The notes under the pieces are model-generated. The model was not told where the DNA came from. It was given only the letters and a program-made list of their open reading frames with translations, and ran no database searches. From Candidatus Zipacnadia bacterium (GTDB lineage: Bacteria > Armatimonadota > Zipacnadia > Zipacnadales > JABUFB01), in NCBI GenBank assembly GCA_029821745.1, contig JALGSS010000001.1, positions 1-56,456 on the forward strand: a stretch of DNA of 56,456 nucleotides. The letters are read 5' to 3'. Of this stretch, positions 30,392 through 39,661 are shown piece after piece (position 1 is the first letter of the stretch; each line of letters opens with the position of its first letter). The position numbers and the translations under genes were made by a program.

Positions 30392-30790
30392 ATGAGACGA
30401 GTGGTGATGGTGATGCTGGCGGCGGTCCTGGTGCCGGTTTCCGGCTGCGGCCAGACGGCGCTCCAGCGGGTGAAGATCGTGGGGCTCACCGCCAAGCAGA
30501 CGGCCGAGACGGCCTATCTCACCGTGCGGATCAAGTGGGAACTGGGTCATGTGGACGAGCGCACGATGGACCGGACCCGGTCGCTCTACGCACGGTTCGA
30601 GCTGGCCAAGAAGGCCTACGTGGCCGCGCTGGAATTGTGGGAGACCGGCGCGCCGCAGCCGGACCGGGAAACGCTGCGCGAACAGGTCACGTTGCTTGCC
30701 GCGGCGCTTCACGCGCTGGCGCTTGAGGTGAAGTCCGAGTGGCCGCCGGTTACTGCGCGGCCAGTCGGAAAGGAGGTGGACCGTGTCTGA
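30392..30790 (+). CDS. lipoprotein of unknown function
   Basis: GGAGG RBS; signal peptide MRRVVMVMLAAVLVPVSG-C lipobox; helical body. Confidence 0.65.
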   Translation: MRRVVMVMLAAVLVPVSGCGQTALQRVKIVGLTAKQTAETAYLTVRIKWELGHVDERTMDRTRSLYARFELAKKAYVAALELWETGAPQPDRETLREQVTLLAAALHALALEVKSEWPPVTARPVGKEVDRV

Positions 30791-31157
30791 ACCGGTGGAC
30801 TCCACCAGCCTTATGCTGACGATGTTTATGGTGGCGAACCCTGCGCCTTGTCGACGCGATGCTCGCCCTCCAGGCCGGTCTCCCCATCGACAGTCTGCGC
30901 CTGCGCAGCCTCGCCGACCTCGACGAGGAGGCCCGGCAGTACGTCGACGAGATCCTCGTCGCCCGCAGCTGAGCGGAAGGCCCGTAACCCCGCTTCCGTG
31001 CAGCCACATATCACATGCGGCGATCGCCGAGCGGGCGCTCCGGCCGATTGTCCAGCTGCAGGACCGCGCAGACCAGGAGACGCGATTCGGTGAGATCGTC
31101 GGACGACCGGGCAAGTCGTAGCGCCCGGCAAGCAGGTTCATTCTGCCCGCAGACCGT

Positions 31158-34100
31158 TCAGCAAACGCAAGTCTCTATCAAACGGGCTATCCTTCTGGTG
31201 TCGAGGGCGCCGCCCGGCTCGTCTCGGGTTTCGATCAGCGTTCCAGCCTCTCCTTCGCCATCCTGCCAGGGGGAAATGCCCGCCTCTATGTACTCCGCCC
31301 GCTTTTTCTCCCAGCGGGCCCGGTATCTCGGGTCGTCGAGCAAGCCGAGATGCTCCCAGTAGAAGGTCACGCCGCGAGCGTGGTCGGCTATGGTGAAGTC
31401 CGGGTAACGGACGCGGCCACCCGGCAACACGAGCGGCTGTTCGTAGGCGTACTCGATCCTACGGGCATGGAGCATGTTGGCGATGACCAGCTCGGATTTC
31501 GAGCGCACGAGGCCCCCTCGCTCGGTGCGATGAATGAGCCAGTCCTCCAGGAAGCGCGACTGGGCTCCGATTGTGACTTCCCGTGGCAAGGGGTCGCTGA
31601 AGAGATTGGTCACGCGCCGCGCAATCTCGGAGTACTCGTCCCCGGAATACCGCCGGTATGCTGCCAAGGGACCCTGGTGGAGGATGACCAAGCGATCCTG
31701 ATGGCGCGTGAGGGCCGTATACAGTAGCTCACGCGAAAGGAGCCAGCAGGGGTTCGTCAAGACGACGAAGGTCAGGCCGAACTCACTGCCCTGGGTCTTG
31801 TGCACGGTGAGGCAGTAGGCAAGCTCCAAAGGGTTGCTTCCTTCGTCACCGAACTCGCCACGGTAGAAGCCGTACTTGTGACCGAGCTGGCCGGCAAACT
31901 CCACCTCAAGCTTCCACGGCAGTCCTCTGAGCTTCTTTGTCTTGTACTGGCCGACCACAACCCCGATGTCGCCGTTCGCGATGTAGGCCTCGCCGTCGGG
32001 ACTTGGCCACACATCCCGGCGTCGTTGGTTGATGACGTTTATCACCTTGTCGCCGTAGAGGAGGGCCTGGCGGCCCACGGGCGGCGGCACCTTGCGTCGC
32101 CAGCCTTTCGTTTGGGCGAGCTCCCGGACCTTCCGGCGGAAGCGATCCTGGATCATGCGATTCAGGGCGTCGACGCCGACGAGCCCAGCCCTGACGGGTG
32201 ACAGCATCTGCCACGTCTCGGCCTTGGCGGCCGCCCCTGGCTTCTCGCCGAACCTGCTCCAGAAGAAGGCCCACGGAATGTCACCGTAACGCTCGCCGCC
32301 CAGCGACTCCTCGAAGCCCAGCTCGTCTTCCGGTCCCTCGAGCTTCAGCGCCCGCACCAGCTCCTCCACGATCTTCTCGTGAAGATCTTGTGGGTGGTCC
32401 CACTGGATGATCCCCAGCCGACCGGTGTCTCCTTCAGCCAATGCATCCCACACCGTGTCTGCCCCGGGATCGAGCGGCCGCCCGCTGAAGTGCGAGGAAA
32501 GCAGCATGTCCTCGCGTGCCTCGCCCTGCTGGCGACGCGGGATCGTGAGCTCGGCGTAGCACGGCCCGCAGCGCGGGAACGCGGTCTCAATGTTCTCCGG
32601 GGTCAGCTCGTTCACAATGTCCACGAACGGACGTCCCGCACCGATGGGTGGCAGTTGGTGCGGGTCACCCACCAGCACTAACCGTTCCACGTTCGTGAGC
32701 GAGTCAATCAACGCCGCGAGCTGCTCCTCGGTCAGCATCGAGGATTCGTCCACGATCACTGTGCGGTAGTCGCCACACCGGGCCGCCTTGCGGTTCGGGA
32801 AGTAGGCACCGGTGTCGCCGTTGTAGCGCTGAAAGCGGTTCAGGAACTGGGCGAGCGTGAGCCCCGAGCCGCGCAGCCCCGTCTGTTCCTCGAGGCGCAC
32901 GCGCGCCTTGCCCGTGGGCGCGAGGAGCAGGAGGCCCCGCGCCGCCACCTCCTCCAGTGCGCACAGCATCCGAAGCAGTGTCGTCTTGCCCGTTCCCGCA
33001 GCCCCGACCAGCACCGACAGCCGAGAGCGGTAGATCTGTTCGAGCGCCTTGGCCTTCTCCCGTCGAGCGCGCTCTTCGAGCTCCCGCTCCACTGCATCCC
33101 TTGGGAGGGGCTGGTCCAGGCCCCGGTCCACGAGCGCGCGCCAATCGTAATCCGCGGCATGTGGCCTTCCCTTCTTCCGGCCCATAGCCTCGCGGCGGAT
33201 GATCGCCCGGCACTCCGCGAGCCGAGCCACCTGATACGCAGGTTCCCCCGCCCGTGTGGCCGCCCGCTCGATGACGGTTCCGAAGCTCTCCTCCGTGGCG
33301 TCGAGCACGTTCTCGCCGAGCGGGCACGGCGGCTGCAGCGCCCGCTCCCGAGCTCTGCGGATGACCCAGCTCCGCGGCAGGAGTGTATGCCCCTGGAGCG
33401 CGGCCTCCTCCAGCAGATCCACGACCAAGGCGCGGACGCGCCGCGGGTCGGCCGGGTCCTCCACTTGGCTCGGCAGCGGCACCGGGAACTCCCTGCGCAC
33501 CGACTCGTCTGGGAAGAGCCCACGGTCAACGGCACCAAAGGCAATGGGATCGACGGCGCGCCGATCACGCTCGAAGAGCAGGTAGGGGTTGGCAAGGAAC
33601 TGGTCGTCAGTCTCGTCGATACCCGCGTCGGCCCGCTCCGTCGGGTCGTAGACGCGAAGCGCCTGGTCCTCGGAGATGGCGCAGCGGCTCAGAAGCTCCA
33701 GCAGCGCGCGCCGCTCGGCCGACATCCGCTTCCACCCGCGCCGCAAACTCGCAAAGAGCAGCTTGGCGGTGGGGCCGCCCAGCTTCGCCGGATCCTCCAT
33801 CACGGCGTCCGCTAGCGCCCAGGGGCTGCCGCCGCCCTCGCGCTCGCGCAGCAGCTCGATCTCGTAGGCGAGCAGGCTCCCGTGCTGGAAGCCCCACTCG
33901 TAGCCGAAGGCCGAGAGCGCCGAGCCCAGGCCGGGGAACGCGCCGCGTGCCTGCCAGAGCCGGTTGAGCTGCGTGTCGATCCACGCAAGGGCCTTGTCCC
34001 ACGGCCCCTCGATCCGCCCTCGGATGCGGTGCAGCGCTCCGGCACAGGCGATGAGCGACGCCACCGCACCGTCATGGGTCAGGAGCTCCGAGCCGTAAGA

Positions 34101-34973
34101 GAAGGCGTCGAAGTGCTCATCCGGGGCGAAGGCGACAAACTCTTCGGGATCGACCCCCTCCCGGTCTGCCAGCGCGAGCGCTTCCTTGTACGGGAACAGA
34201 AAGCCGTCGTCGAAGCCCGGTCGGATCGAGTGCCCTACGTTTCGCTCCCAAAGCACGCAACGCAGTGGCGGCTTCTTCGTGGCATACTTGTACTCGGTCG
34301 CGACGCCGACTGACAGCACACGCCCCACGCCGATGATCACGCGCCGCGACTGCTCCGAGAGCGGCGTGCGCTTGGCGTAGAAGAAGCAGAGCGACTCCTC
34401 GGGCCGCAGCGCGCCGAAAAAGGTGTCGAGCAGCACGAGTTGGTTTTCGCGCTCCTGCACCCAGTCCGTCCTTACCTCCTTCCCGCTCTGGTTGTGGATT
34501 TCGGGTTCGCGATCAGGGACCCAGTCGAGTTGCAGCCGCTCTGCGAGTCCGATTTCGCCATTCTTCCCGTTCCCTTCGACACATTCCCTCAGCATCCACC
34601 GGAAAGGGATGCACGCGGCCGAATAAGGCGGGTGAACGAAAGGCGTGGGCGCAAAGTGACCGTGCGTCTCTGGGTAGAATTCCACGTAGGGATGGTCGAT
34701 TGTGCGGCGCAACTCGAAGGGGGCCATGAACTGCGCATGCTCGCTCACGCACGGCGGCAGATCATCGGAGTTGAGTTCGTCGAACCGCTTGGCGGCGCAG
34801 CGGACCTCGTTTTCATCCTTCCTGTTTTCGCCGATGCGCCGCAGGATGAGGCAACTCGTGTTCTCCTGCGGCCGGTCGCAGACGGTGCCTTCCCAGCCGG
34901 CGTCGTGCCAGGGGACGCGGACAGTGATGTGGTGAGTGGGTAGGCGGCGGGCGCCAGAGGCGAGCGCGTTCAT
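31158..34973 (-). CDS. RecD-like SF1B helicase with C-terminal PD-(D/E)XK nuclease and large N-terminal domain
   Basis: GAAGTGKTT, LAPTGKAR, IVDESSM, LVGDPHQLPPIGAG, LAYCLTVHKTQGSEF, LLYTALTR; C-terminal VRSKSE..YPDF..YWEHLG. Confidence 0.88.
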   Translation of the reverse strand: MNALASGARRLPTHHITVRVPWHDAGWEGTVCDRPQENTSCLILRRIGENRKDENEVRCAAKRFDELNSDDLPPCVSEHAQFMAPFELRRTIDHPYVEFYPETHGHFAPTPFVHPPYSAACIPFRWMLRECVEGNGKNGEIGLAERLQLDWVPDREPEIHNQSGKEVRTDWVQERENQLVLLDTFFGALRPEESLCFFYAKRTPLSEQSRRVIIGVGRVLSVGVATEYKYATKKPPLRCVLWERNVGHSIRPGFDDGFLFPYKEALALADREGVDPEEFVAFAPDEHFDAFSYGSELLTHDGAVASLIACAGALHRIRGRIEGPWDKALAWIDTQLNRLWQARGAFPGLGSALSAFGYEWGFQHGSLLAYEIELLREREGGGSPWALADAVMEDPAKLGGPTAKLLFASLRRGWKRMSAERRALLELLSRCAISEDQALRVYDPTERADAGIDETDDQFLANPYLLFERDRRAVDPIAFGAVDRGLFPDESVRREFPVPLPSQVEDPADPRRVRALVVDLLEEAALQGHTLLPRSWVIRRARERALQPPCPLGENVLDATEESFGTVIERAATRAGEPAYQVARLAECRAIIRREAMGRKKGRPHAADYDWRALVDRGLDQPLPRDAVERELEERARREKAKALEQIYRSRLSVLVGAAGTGKTTLLRMLCALEEVAARGLLLLAPTGKARVRLEEQTGLRGSGLTLAQFLNRFQRYNGDTGAYFPNRKAARCGDYRTVIVDESSMLTEEQLAALIDSLTNVERLVLVGDPHQLPPIGAGRPFVDIVNELTPENIETAFPRCGPCYAELTIPRRQQGEAREDMLLSSHFSGRPLDPGADTVWDALAEGDTGRLGIIQWDHPQDLHEKIVEELVRALKLEGPEDELGFEESLGGERYGDIPWAFFWSRFGEKPGAAAKAETWQMLSPVRAGLVGVDALNRMIQDRFRRKVRELAQTKGWRRKVPPPVGRQALLYGDKVINVINQRRRDVWPSPDGEAYIANGDIGVVVGQYKTKKLRGLPWKLEVEFAGQLGHKYGFYRGEFGDEGSNPLELAYCLTVHKTQGSEFGLTFVVLTNPCWLLSRELLYTALTRHQDRLVILHQGPLAAYRRYSGDEYSEIARRVTNLFSDPLPREVTIGAQSRFLEDWLIHRTERGGLVRSKSELVIANMLHARRIEYAYEQPLVLPGGRVRYPDFTIADHARGVTFYWEHLGLLDDPRYRARWEKKRAEYIEAGISPWQDGEGEAGTLIETRDEPGGALDTRRIARLIETCVC

Positions 34974-35007
34974 CGTTTCTTCTTCCCCTTGTGTGCCCCT
35001 CTTCGTG

Positions 35008-35661
35008 TCAGCCGTGCTGGCGCTCCGTCAGTCGGTCAAGGATCTGCTCCAGACCGAGAGGGATGGCGCCCAGTTGGACCAGATTGTCGTTCCTGTCCCC
35101 CTGGAACGTCAAGACCGGTCTGCCCCAGCCAAGAATCTCACGGGCCAGGCGCTCGGTCTTGCCGCGCGGTGAGGCGTACGGGATGAAGACCTGGTCAGCC
35201 AAGGCCGCGACAAATCGGTTGCGCTTCTCCGACAGGGCGACGGTCGGCCGGCGGCGCTTCTCTTCGAAGGGGGAGAGGACGAGGAGCCGTCCTTCCTCGA
35301 TGGGGCCGCGCCAGGCCGCCGGCACGCGCATGCGCTGAATGCCCCGTGCGGGGCACACGATGACCGGCTGTTCGCCCCGCAGCAGAAGTCTGAGGCACTC
35401 CTTCTCCATCGGCGAGTGGAAGCCGCCGATGACGAGGGCCTGAGCATTCCGGAGGGCGCAGACGAGATCGTAGGTCTTCAGGATGATGTTGCCGGGGCAG
35501 CGAACCGAGCAGAACAGCGCGAGCATCGGATGGCGAAGGATGCTTGCGTTACCCAGAGCCCAGAGGGTGTCAGGAGCGCCAACCCCGGGGCGCTCCGCCA
35601 GTTGTGTGGGGTAGGCCCAGTGTTCGACAGTCATCTCAACAATAGGCGGCGGTTCAACCAC
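35008..35661 (-). CDS. short DprA/SMF-like (SLOG fold) protein
   Basis: LWALGN, LALFCS, IGGFHSPMEKECL, EGRLLVLSPF, RNRFVAALAD, GKT. Confidence 0.78.
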   Translation of the reverse strand: MVEPPPIVEMTVEHWAYPTQLAERPGVGAPDTLWALGNASILRHPMLALFCSVRCPGNIILKTYDLVCALRNAQALVIGGFHSPMEKECLRLLLRGEQPVIVCPARGIQRMRVPAAWRGPIEEGRLLVLSPFEEKRRRPTVALSEKRNRFVAALADQVFIPYASPRGKTERLAREILGWGRPVLTFQGDRNDNLVQLGAIPLGLEQILDRLTERQHG

Positions 35662-35726
35662 GCACGTGATCCCCTAGCGTCGGAATCTCTCCGGCGGGGA
35701 GCTGCGGCCGCCCACACCCCGTGCCG

Positions 35727-36143
35727 TCACCCGCGAACGAGAGTCACGATGAGCATGACCAGCGCGACCAGAGCAGAGACAACGGAGATGCGGATGGCCA
35801 GATTGGCTTGGTGCTTGGCGCTCTTGAACGCTGCGAGGCGCAGTTCACGGTCATCGCGCTCACGGGCCATCTCCTCGCGTTGTCGGTGCAGTACCACTTC
35901 TCCTCGCCAAGACCTATCGTACTTGTCGCCGGCGTCTTCTCCGCTCTTCGGCGTCCGGACCAAATGGGTCGAGAGCATGTACGTCAGCCGGTTCCCGACC
36001 TCGTCCTCGTTCGCGCCAAGCTCCTGTGCGAGCTCCTCGGGCGACTTGAAGCCCTTCGTTCGTGGGCAAAGCGCGCCGAGAACCTTGAGGCCAAGATTGT
36101 CGAGAGCGAGTGGCTCGAAGACTACGACCTCTGGTAGAGGCAT
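35727..36143 (-). CDS. HTH protein with C-terminal transmembrane helix
   Basis: GGAGGAG RBS; SPEELAQELGANEDEV..RL HTH; C-terminal ISVVSALVALVMLIVTLV. Confidence 0.6.
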   Translation of the reverse strand: MPLPEVVVFEPLALDNLGLKVLGALCPRTKGFKSPEELAQELGANEDEVGNRLTYMLSTHLVRTPKSGEDAGDKYDRSWRGEVVLHRQREEMARERDDRELRLAAFKSAKHQANLAIRISVVSALVALVMLIVTLVRG

Positions 36144-36429
36144 TGGAATCCTCCTCCACTTGCAGCGTTCGCCATTGGCCGGTGCAACCAGCAGAGACGC
36201 CGAATGCGGGCCGATCAGTCCCCGCTTGTATTGCCGCCGGTCGCTCCCCCAAGATGGGACTTCCCACCCTTGCCACCTGAGAAGGCCCGGCGCTTGCGCC
36301 GAAGGTCAAGGTCCGCCTGTCTCAGCCCCGCCGCCCCAGGCATCGGCCCCACGGACCGTTCGCCGCCCCACTCATGAGACCACGGCGTTCACCAGCAGGT
36401 GCCGGCATTGCCGCCGATGGCGTTTATGC

Positions 36430-39400
36430 TCACGAGTTCTGGCCCATGCGGTACTTGATGTCGTAGTTCGTGATGAAGTCCAGTTCCTCCTCCGTGAAGC
36501 CATAGTGTGGAGCAAGCGCCCTGTCGATTTCGTCAATCAACGGCTTCGACGCCTGTACTTTGAAACACTGCGTCTCTGTCTTTCCCGTCTGTTTCTGCCT
36601 GCGCGTCAGCATGAAACTGTTACGAGACAGGTCTTCGAGATAGCGTCTTCCGAGGGCAGACAGCTTCTTGTCGGTCAACGCCGCCTCTGGCACCGGAAAG
36701 CCCTGAAGGTCGCTCGGGTTCAGGTCTCGGCCATTCGACGTAACTGTATACCACCACCAGAACAGGTCACTGCTCAAGATCGCTATGACCGGATGGACCA
36801 TCGCGTCGTCGGGGACAGAAAAGGTCGTTTCGCGCGTCGAGTGCCCCGCCCGGCCGTTCACCCTGAAGGCTGGCGGGAAGTCTGTAAACACCTTCCAGTA
36901 CAGTCCACCTGTGGTGCGGTAATAGATCGTGGGCCCCTGCCTCACAATGAAGTAGCCAAGCGCCTTTCCAAAACCCACACATTTCTCAAGCAGCCCGATC
37001 TCGGAGGCACACCCGACCTTGGGAACCCACCACGCCCGCCTTTCCCGAGGGACGCGTGCGTAGCGCAACCTCGACATCAGAAGACTACGGCTGGACGAAG
37101 TCCACTTCTGGTAGCATGTGGAATAGGTACGCGCGTCTTCCGACGGCGTCACGACGAATATCGTGAGAGCACGATTGACCGTATCGAAGAGTTTTCCGGG
37201 GCGCCAAGAATAGTTCGCGTACCACACGGCACGCCCATCCGCCTCCAAGGTGTCCTGAACCAGTTTCATTCGCTGAGTTGAGACTATCGACAGTGGAACG
37301 ATCATGCTGGCGCAACCGGCGGGGCCAAGTAGATGAATGCCACGTTCAACAAACATGCCGTGCACGGTCCGCGCCTTATCGGTGGCGAAGCCGCGCGGTG
37401 CATATGAAATCTGTCCGAGTTCGAGGTACGGGGGGTTCCCGATGATGACGTCAAATCCGCCTGACGCCCCGATGTCATAAAACTCAACAAACCAGTGGAA
37501 AGGCTTGTGCGTGGCAAGCCAGCGCTCGAACTCCGCGCCGGCGTCGGCATCGACGCCGTACTCGCTCGACAGGTGGCGGTTCAATTCGTTTTCCAGTTTG
37601 TCAAGTCGGCCTCGAAGGGCTTCCTTGTCTTCAGGTGTCACTTCGCCGCCAAGTTCCGTCTGCTGTTGGCGGAAGAGAGAAAACAGTTCCGCCGCTTCCT
37701 GGGCCCGTCGCTCGATGCGCTCCGCGGCGTTGTCGAAGTCAAAGGTGCTCTCGACGGCGCGCTGCACCTGCTCGTACGTGGCATAGCCGACCAGGCTGTT
37801 GCCCGCCCGGATGTTGAAGTCGATGTCCGGGAGCGGTTCGATCTCCTCCACCCGCTGAATCTGGGCCACGAGTTTCAGGAAGAGCCGCAGTTTGCAGATC
37901 TCGACGGCTTCCTCCATAATGTCCACGCCGTACAGGTTGTTCACGATGATCGACTTGAAGACGAAGTAGTCGGCGTTCGGATGCTGGACGACGCGGGCGA
38001 GGGCCTCGCGAAAGTCCTTGAACTGCTGGGGGTGGTGGGGTTCGCCCAAGCGATCGAGGTCGCAGACGAACGCCTCCATCCGGCCGAGGCAGGCCTCGTA
38101 AAGGGGTTCCAGGATGTTGAGCGCCGCGAACAGGAACGCACCCGACCCACATGCCGGGTCCAGGACCGTGACTTCCTGGATCGCCCGCCAGAACGCTCGC
38201 AGCAGGTCGGGGCCCTCGCAGTTCTCGACCACGTCCTGGGCGAACTGGCAGATGTCGAGGTTCAGGGTGACCAGATCGTCTATCGACTGTACGTCGCCCT
38301 CGGCGAGTTTGTCCCGGACCTCCTGGTAGTGGCGGCGCCTCGCCACGACCTCGCGCCAGATCTCCGTGGGGAGCGCGTGTGTCTCTGGTGCCGGTTCATT
38401 CCACGATCCTCGCTGAGACACGTCGTGGACGCCCGCCTCGATCTCCGCCGGTAGGTCGAGGTCAGTCCCGTGACGCACGGCCGGGTAGATGTAGCGGTCG
38501 GGATCGTCTCGGAGCAGGCGCCAGACTGACTGCTCACCCTCGAACGCGATCCGGCACCGGTCGCGTGTCATGTCCATGATGCGCGGAATGATCGTGTTGC
38601 GGCTGATGTAGCCGGTGATGTCCTCTTTGGTGTAGTAGGCGCCCATCTGCTTCTGGTTGATGTACTTCTCGAAGATGTACCCGAGGACATCGGGGTTGAT
38701 CTCGTTGTCGTTTCGGAGCGGGCGTTCGTCGAGGTGCCACTGGTACTCGTCGAAGAAGCCAAACAGCCGCTTGAACGCCTTGTCAGGGATTCGGATGGTC
38801 TCGCCGTGCAGTTGCTCGACCTGGTGACGGGTGAAGATGCCGCCGTTCAGGTACGGTACCTGACCGAGAAGCGCGTTGGTCTCGGCACTGGGGTCGTCCG
38901 GCCGTCTTGCGAATCCCTCGAAGAACAGCGGGCAGAGGAAGTCCTTGTAGAACAGGTCTCGGCCACGCGCCCGGCTCGCCTGCAGGCGGTCGGCCAAGTA
39001 GTCGGAGTTCTCGTCGAGGAAGCCACGCTTCTGGATGAAGTAGATGAACATGAGGCGGTTGAGCATCACCGATGCATACCAGCGTTGCAGGTGCTCATCC
39101 GGGATGCCGCGTATGAAGCCCAGAAATCGGCCGTGCTCATCCTTGAACCGGTCGTAGAACCGCTTGGTCACGCGCTCCACGTTGAAGGCGGCCCGGACAC
39201 GGCTGGTCACGTCAACGATGCTGAGTCCTTCCTCCTCGTCGAGAAGGAAGGCGATGGCTTGGAGTTTCTCGATGAGCGATGTTCCCGGTTGAGCGCCGTG
39301 ATAGGGGTGCTCCCGGCAGGCGGTGGGTTTGCCGATCTCGCGCTTCGCCCACTGCCATATCTGGGTCTGGTTGTCCCGGTCCGCATAGACGATGAGATGC

Positions 39401-39657
39401 TCGTGATGGGCCTTGGCGACCTGCCGCTCGATCTTCCGCCGCGTGGCGTACTCTGGCACTTGACCGCCGGCCGGCACTTCGCACGCCAGGGCGACCATGC
39501 CTCGTTTCTCTGCGAAGGCGTTGAGATCGAACTCCTCCTCGCCCACCATCACGTGGACCGCCTGCGAGCATCGGTCCCAGCCGAGTTCCTCGACGAAGAG
39601 GGGCTCAAGGTCGAAGTTCCGAAGCAGTTCACGCGCTCGGGCGAAGTCTACCGGCAT
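36430..39657 (-). CDS. Eco57I-like N6-adenine DNA methyltransferase with target recognition domain
   Basis: PYLNGGIF, LGYIFEKY, GAYYT, VLDPACGSGAFL, LYGVDI, FDVIIGNPPY. Confidence 0.9.
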   Translation of the reverse strand: MPVDFARARELLRNFDLEPLFVEELGWDRCSQAVHVMVGEEEFDLNAFAEKRGMVALACEVPAGGQVPEYATRRKIERQVAKAHHEHLIVYADRDNQTQIWQWAKREIGKPTACREHPYHGAQPGTSLIEKLQAIAFLLDEEEGLSIVDVTSRVRAAFNVERVTKRFYDRFKDEHGRFLGFIRGIPDEHLQRWYASVMLNRLMFIYFIQKRGFLDENSDYLADRLQASRARGRDLFYKDFLCPLFFEGFARRPDDPSAETNALLGQVPYLNGGIFTRHQVEQLHGETIRIPDKAFKRLFGFFDEYQWHLDERPLRNDNEINPDVLGYIFEKYINQKQMGAYYTKEDITGYISRNTIIPRIMDMTRDRCRIAFEGEQSVWRLLRDDPDRYIYPAVRHGTDLDLPAEIEAGVHDVSQRGSWNEPAPETHALPTEIWREVVARRRHYQEVRDKLAEGDVQSIDDLVTLNLDICQFAQDVVENCEGPDLLRAFWRAIQEVTVLDPACGSGAFLFAALNILEPLYEACLGRMEAFVCDLDRLGEPHHPQQFKDFREALARVVQHPNADYFVFKSIIVNNLYGVDIMEEAVEICKLRLFLKLVAQIQRVEEIEPLPDIDFNIRAGNSLVGYATYEQVQRAVESTFDFDNAAERIERRAQEAAELFSLFRQQQTELGGEVTPEDKEALRGRLDKLENELNRHLSSEYGVDADAGAEFERWLATHKPFHWFVEFYDIGASGGFDVIIGNPPYLELGQISYAPRGFATDKARTVHGMFVERGIHLLGPAGCASMIVPLSIVSTQRMKLVQDTLEADGRAVWYANYSWRPGKLFDTVNRALTIFVVTPSEDARTYSTCYQKWTSSSRSLLMSRLRYARVPRERRAWWVPKVGCASEIGLLEKCVGFGKALGYFIVRQGPTIYYRTTGGLYWKVFTDFPPAFRVNGRAGHSTRETTFSVPDDAMVHPVIAILSSDLFWWWYTVTSNGRDLNPSDLQGFPVPEAALTDKKLSALGRRYLEDLSRNSFMLTRRQKQTGKTETQCFKVQASKPLIDEIDRALAPHYGFTEEELDFITNYDIKYRMGQNS

Positions 39658-39661
39658 TTGG

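Noticed and set aside
35416-37281. 621-aa plus-strand ORF
   Set aside because: Antisense to three well-supported genes, no motifs
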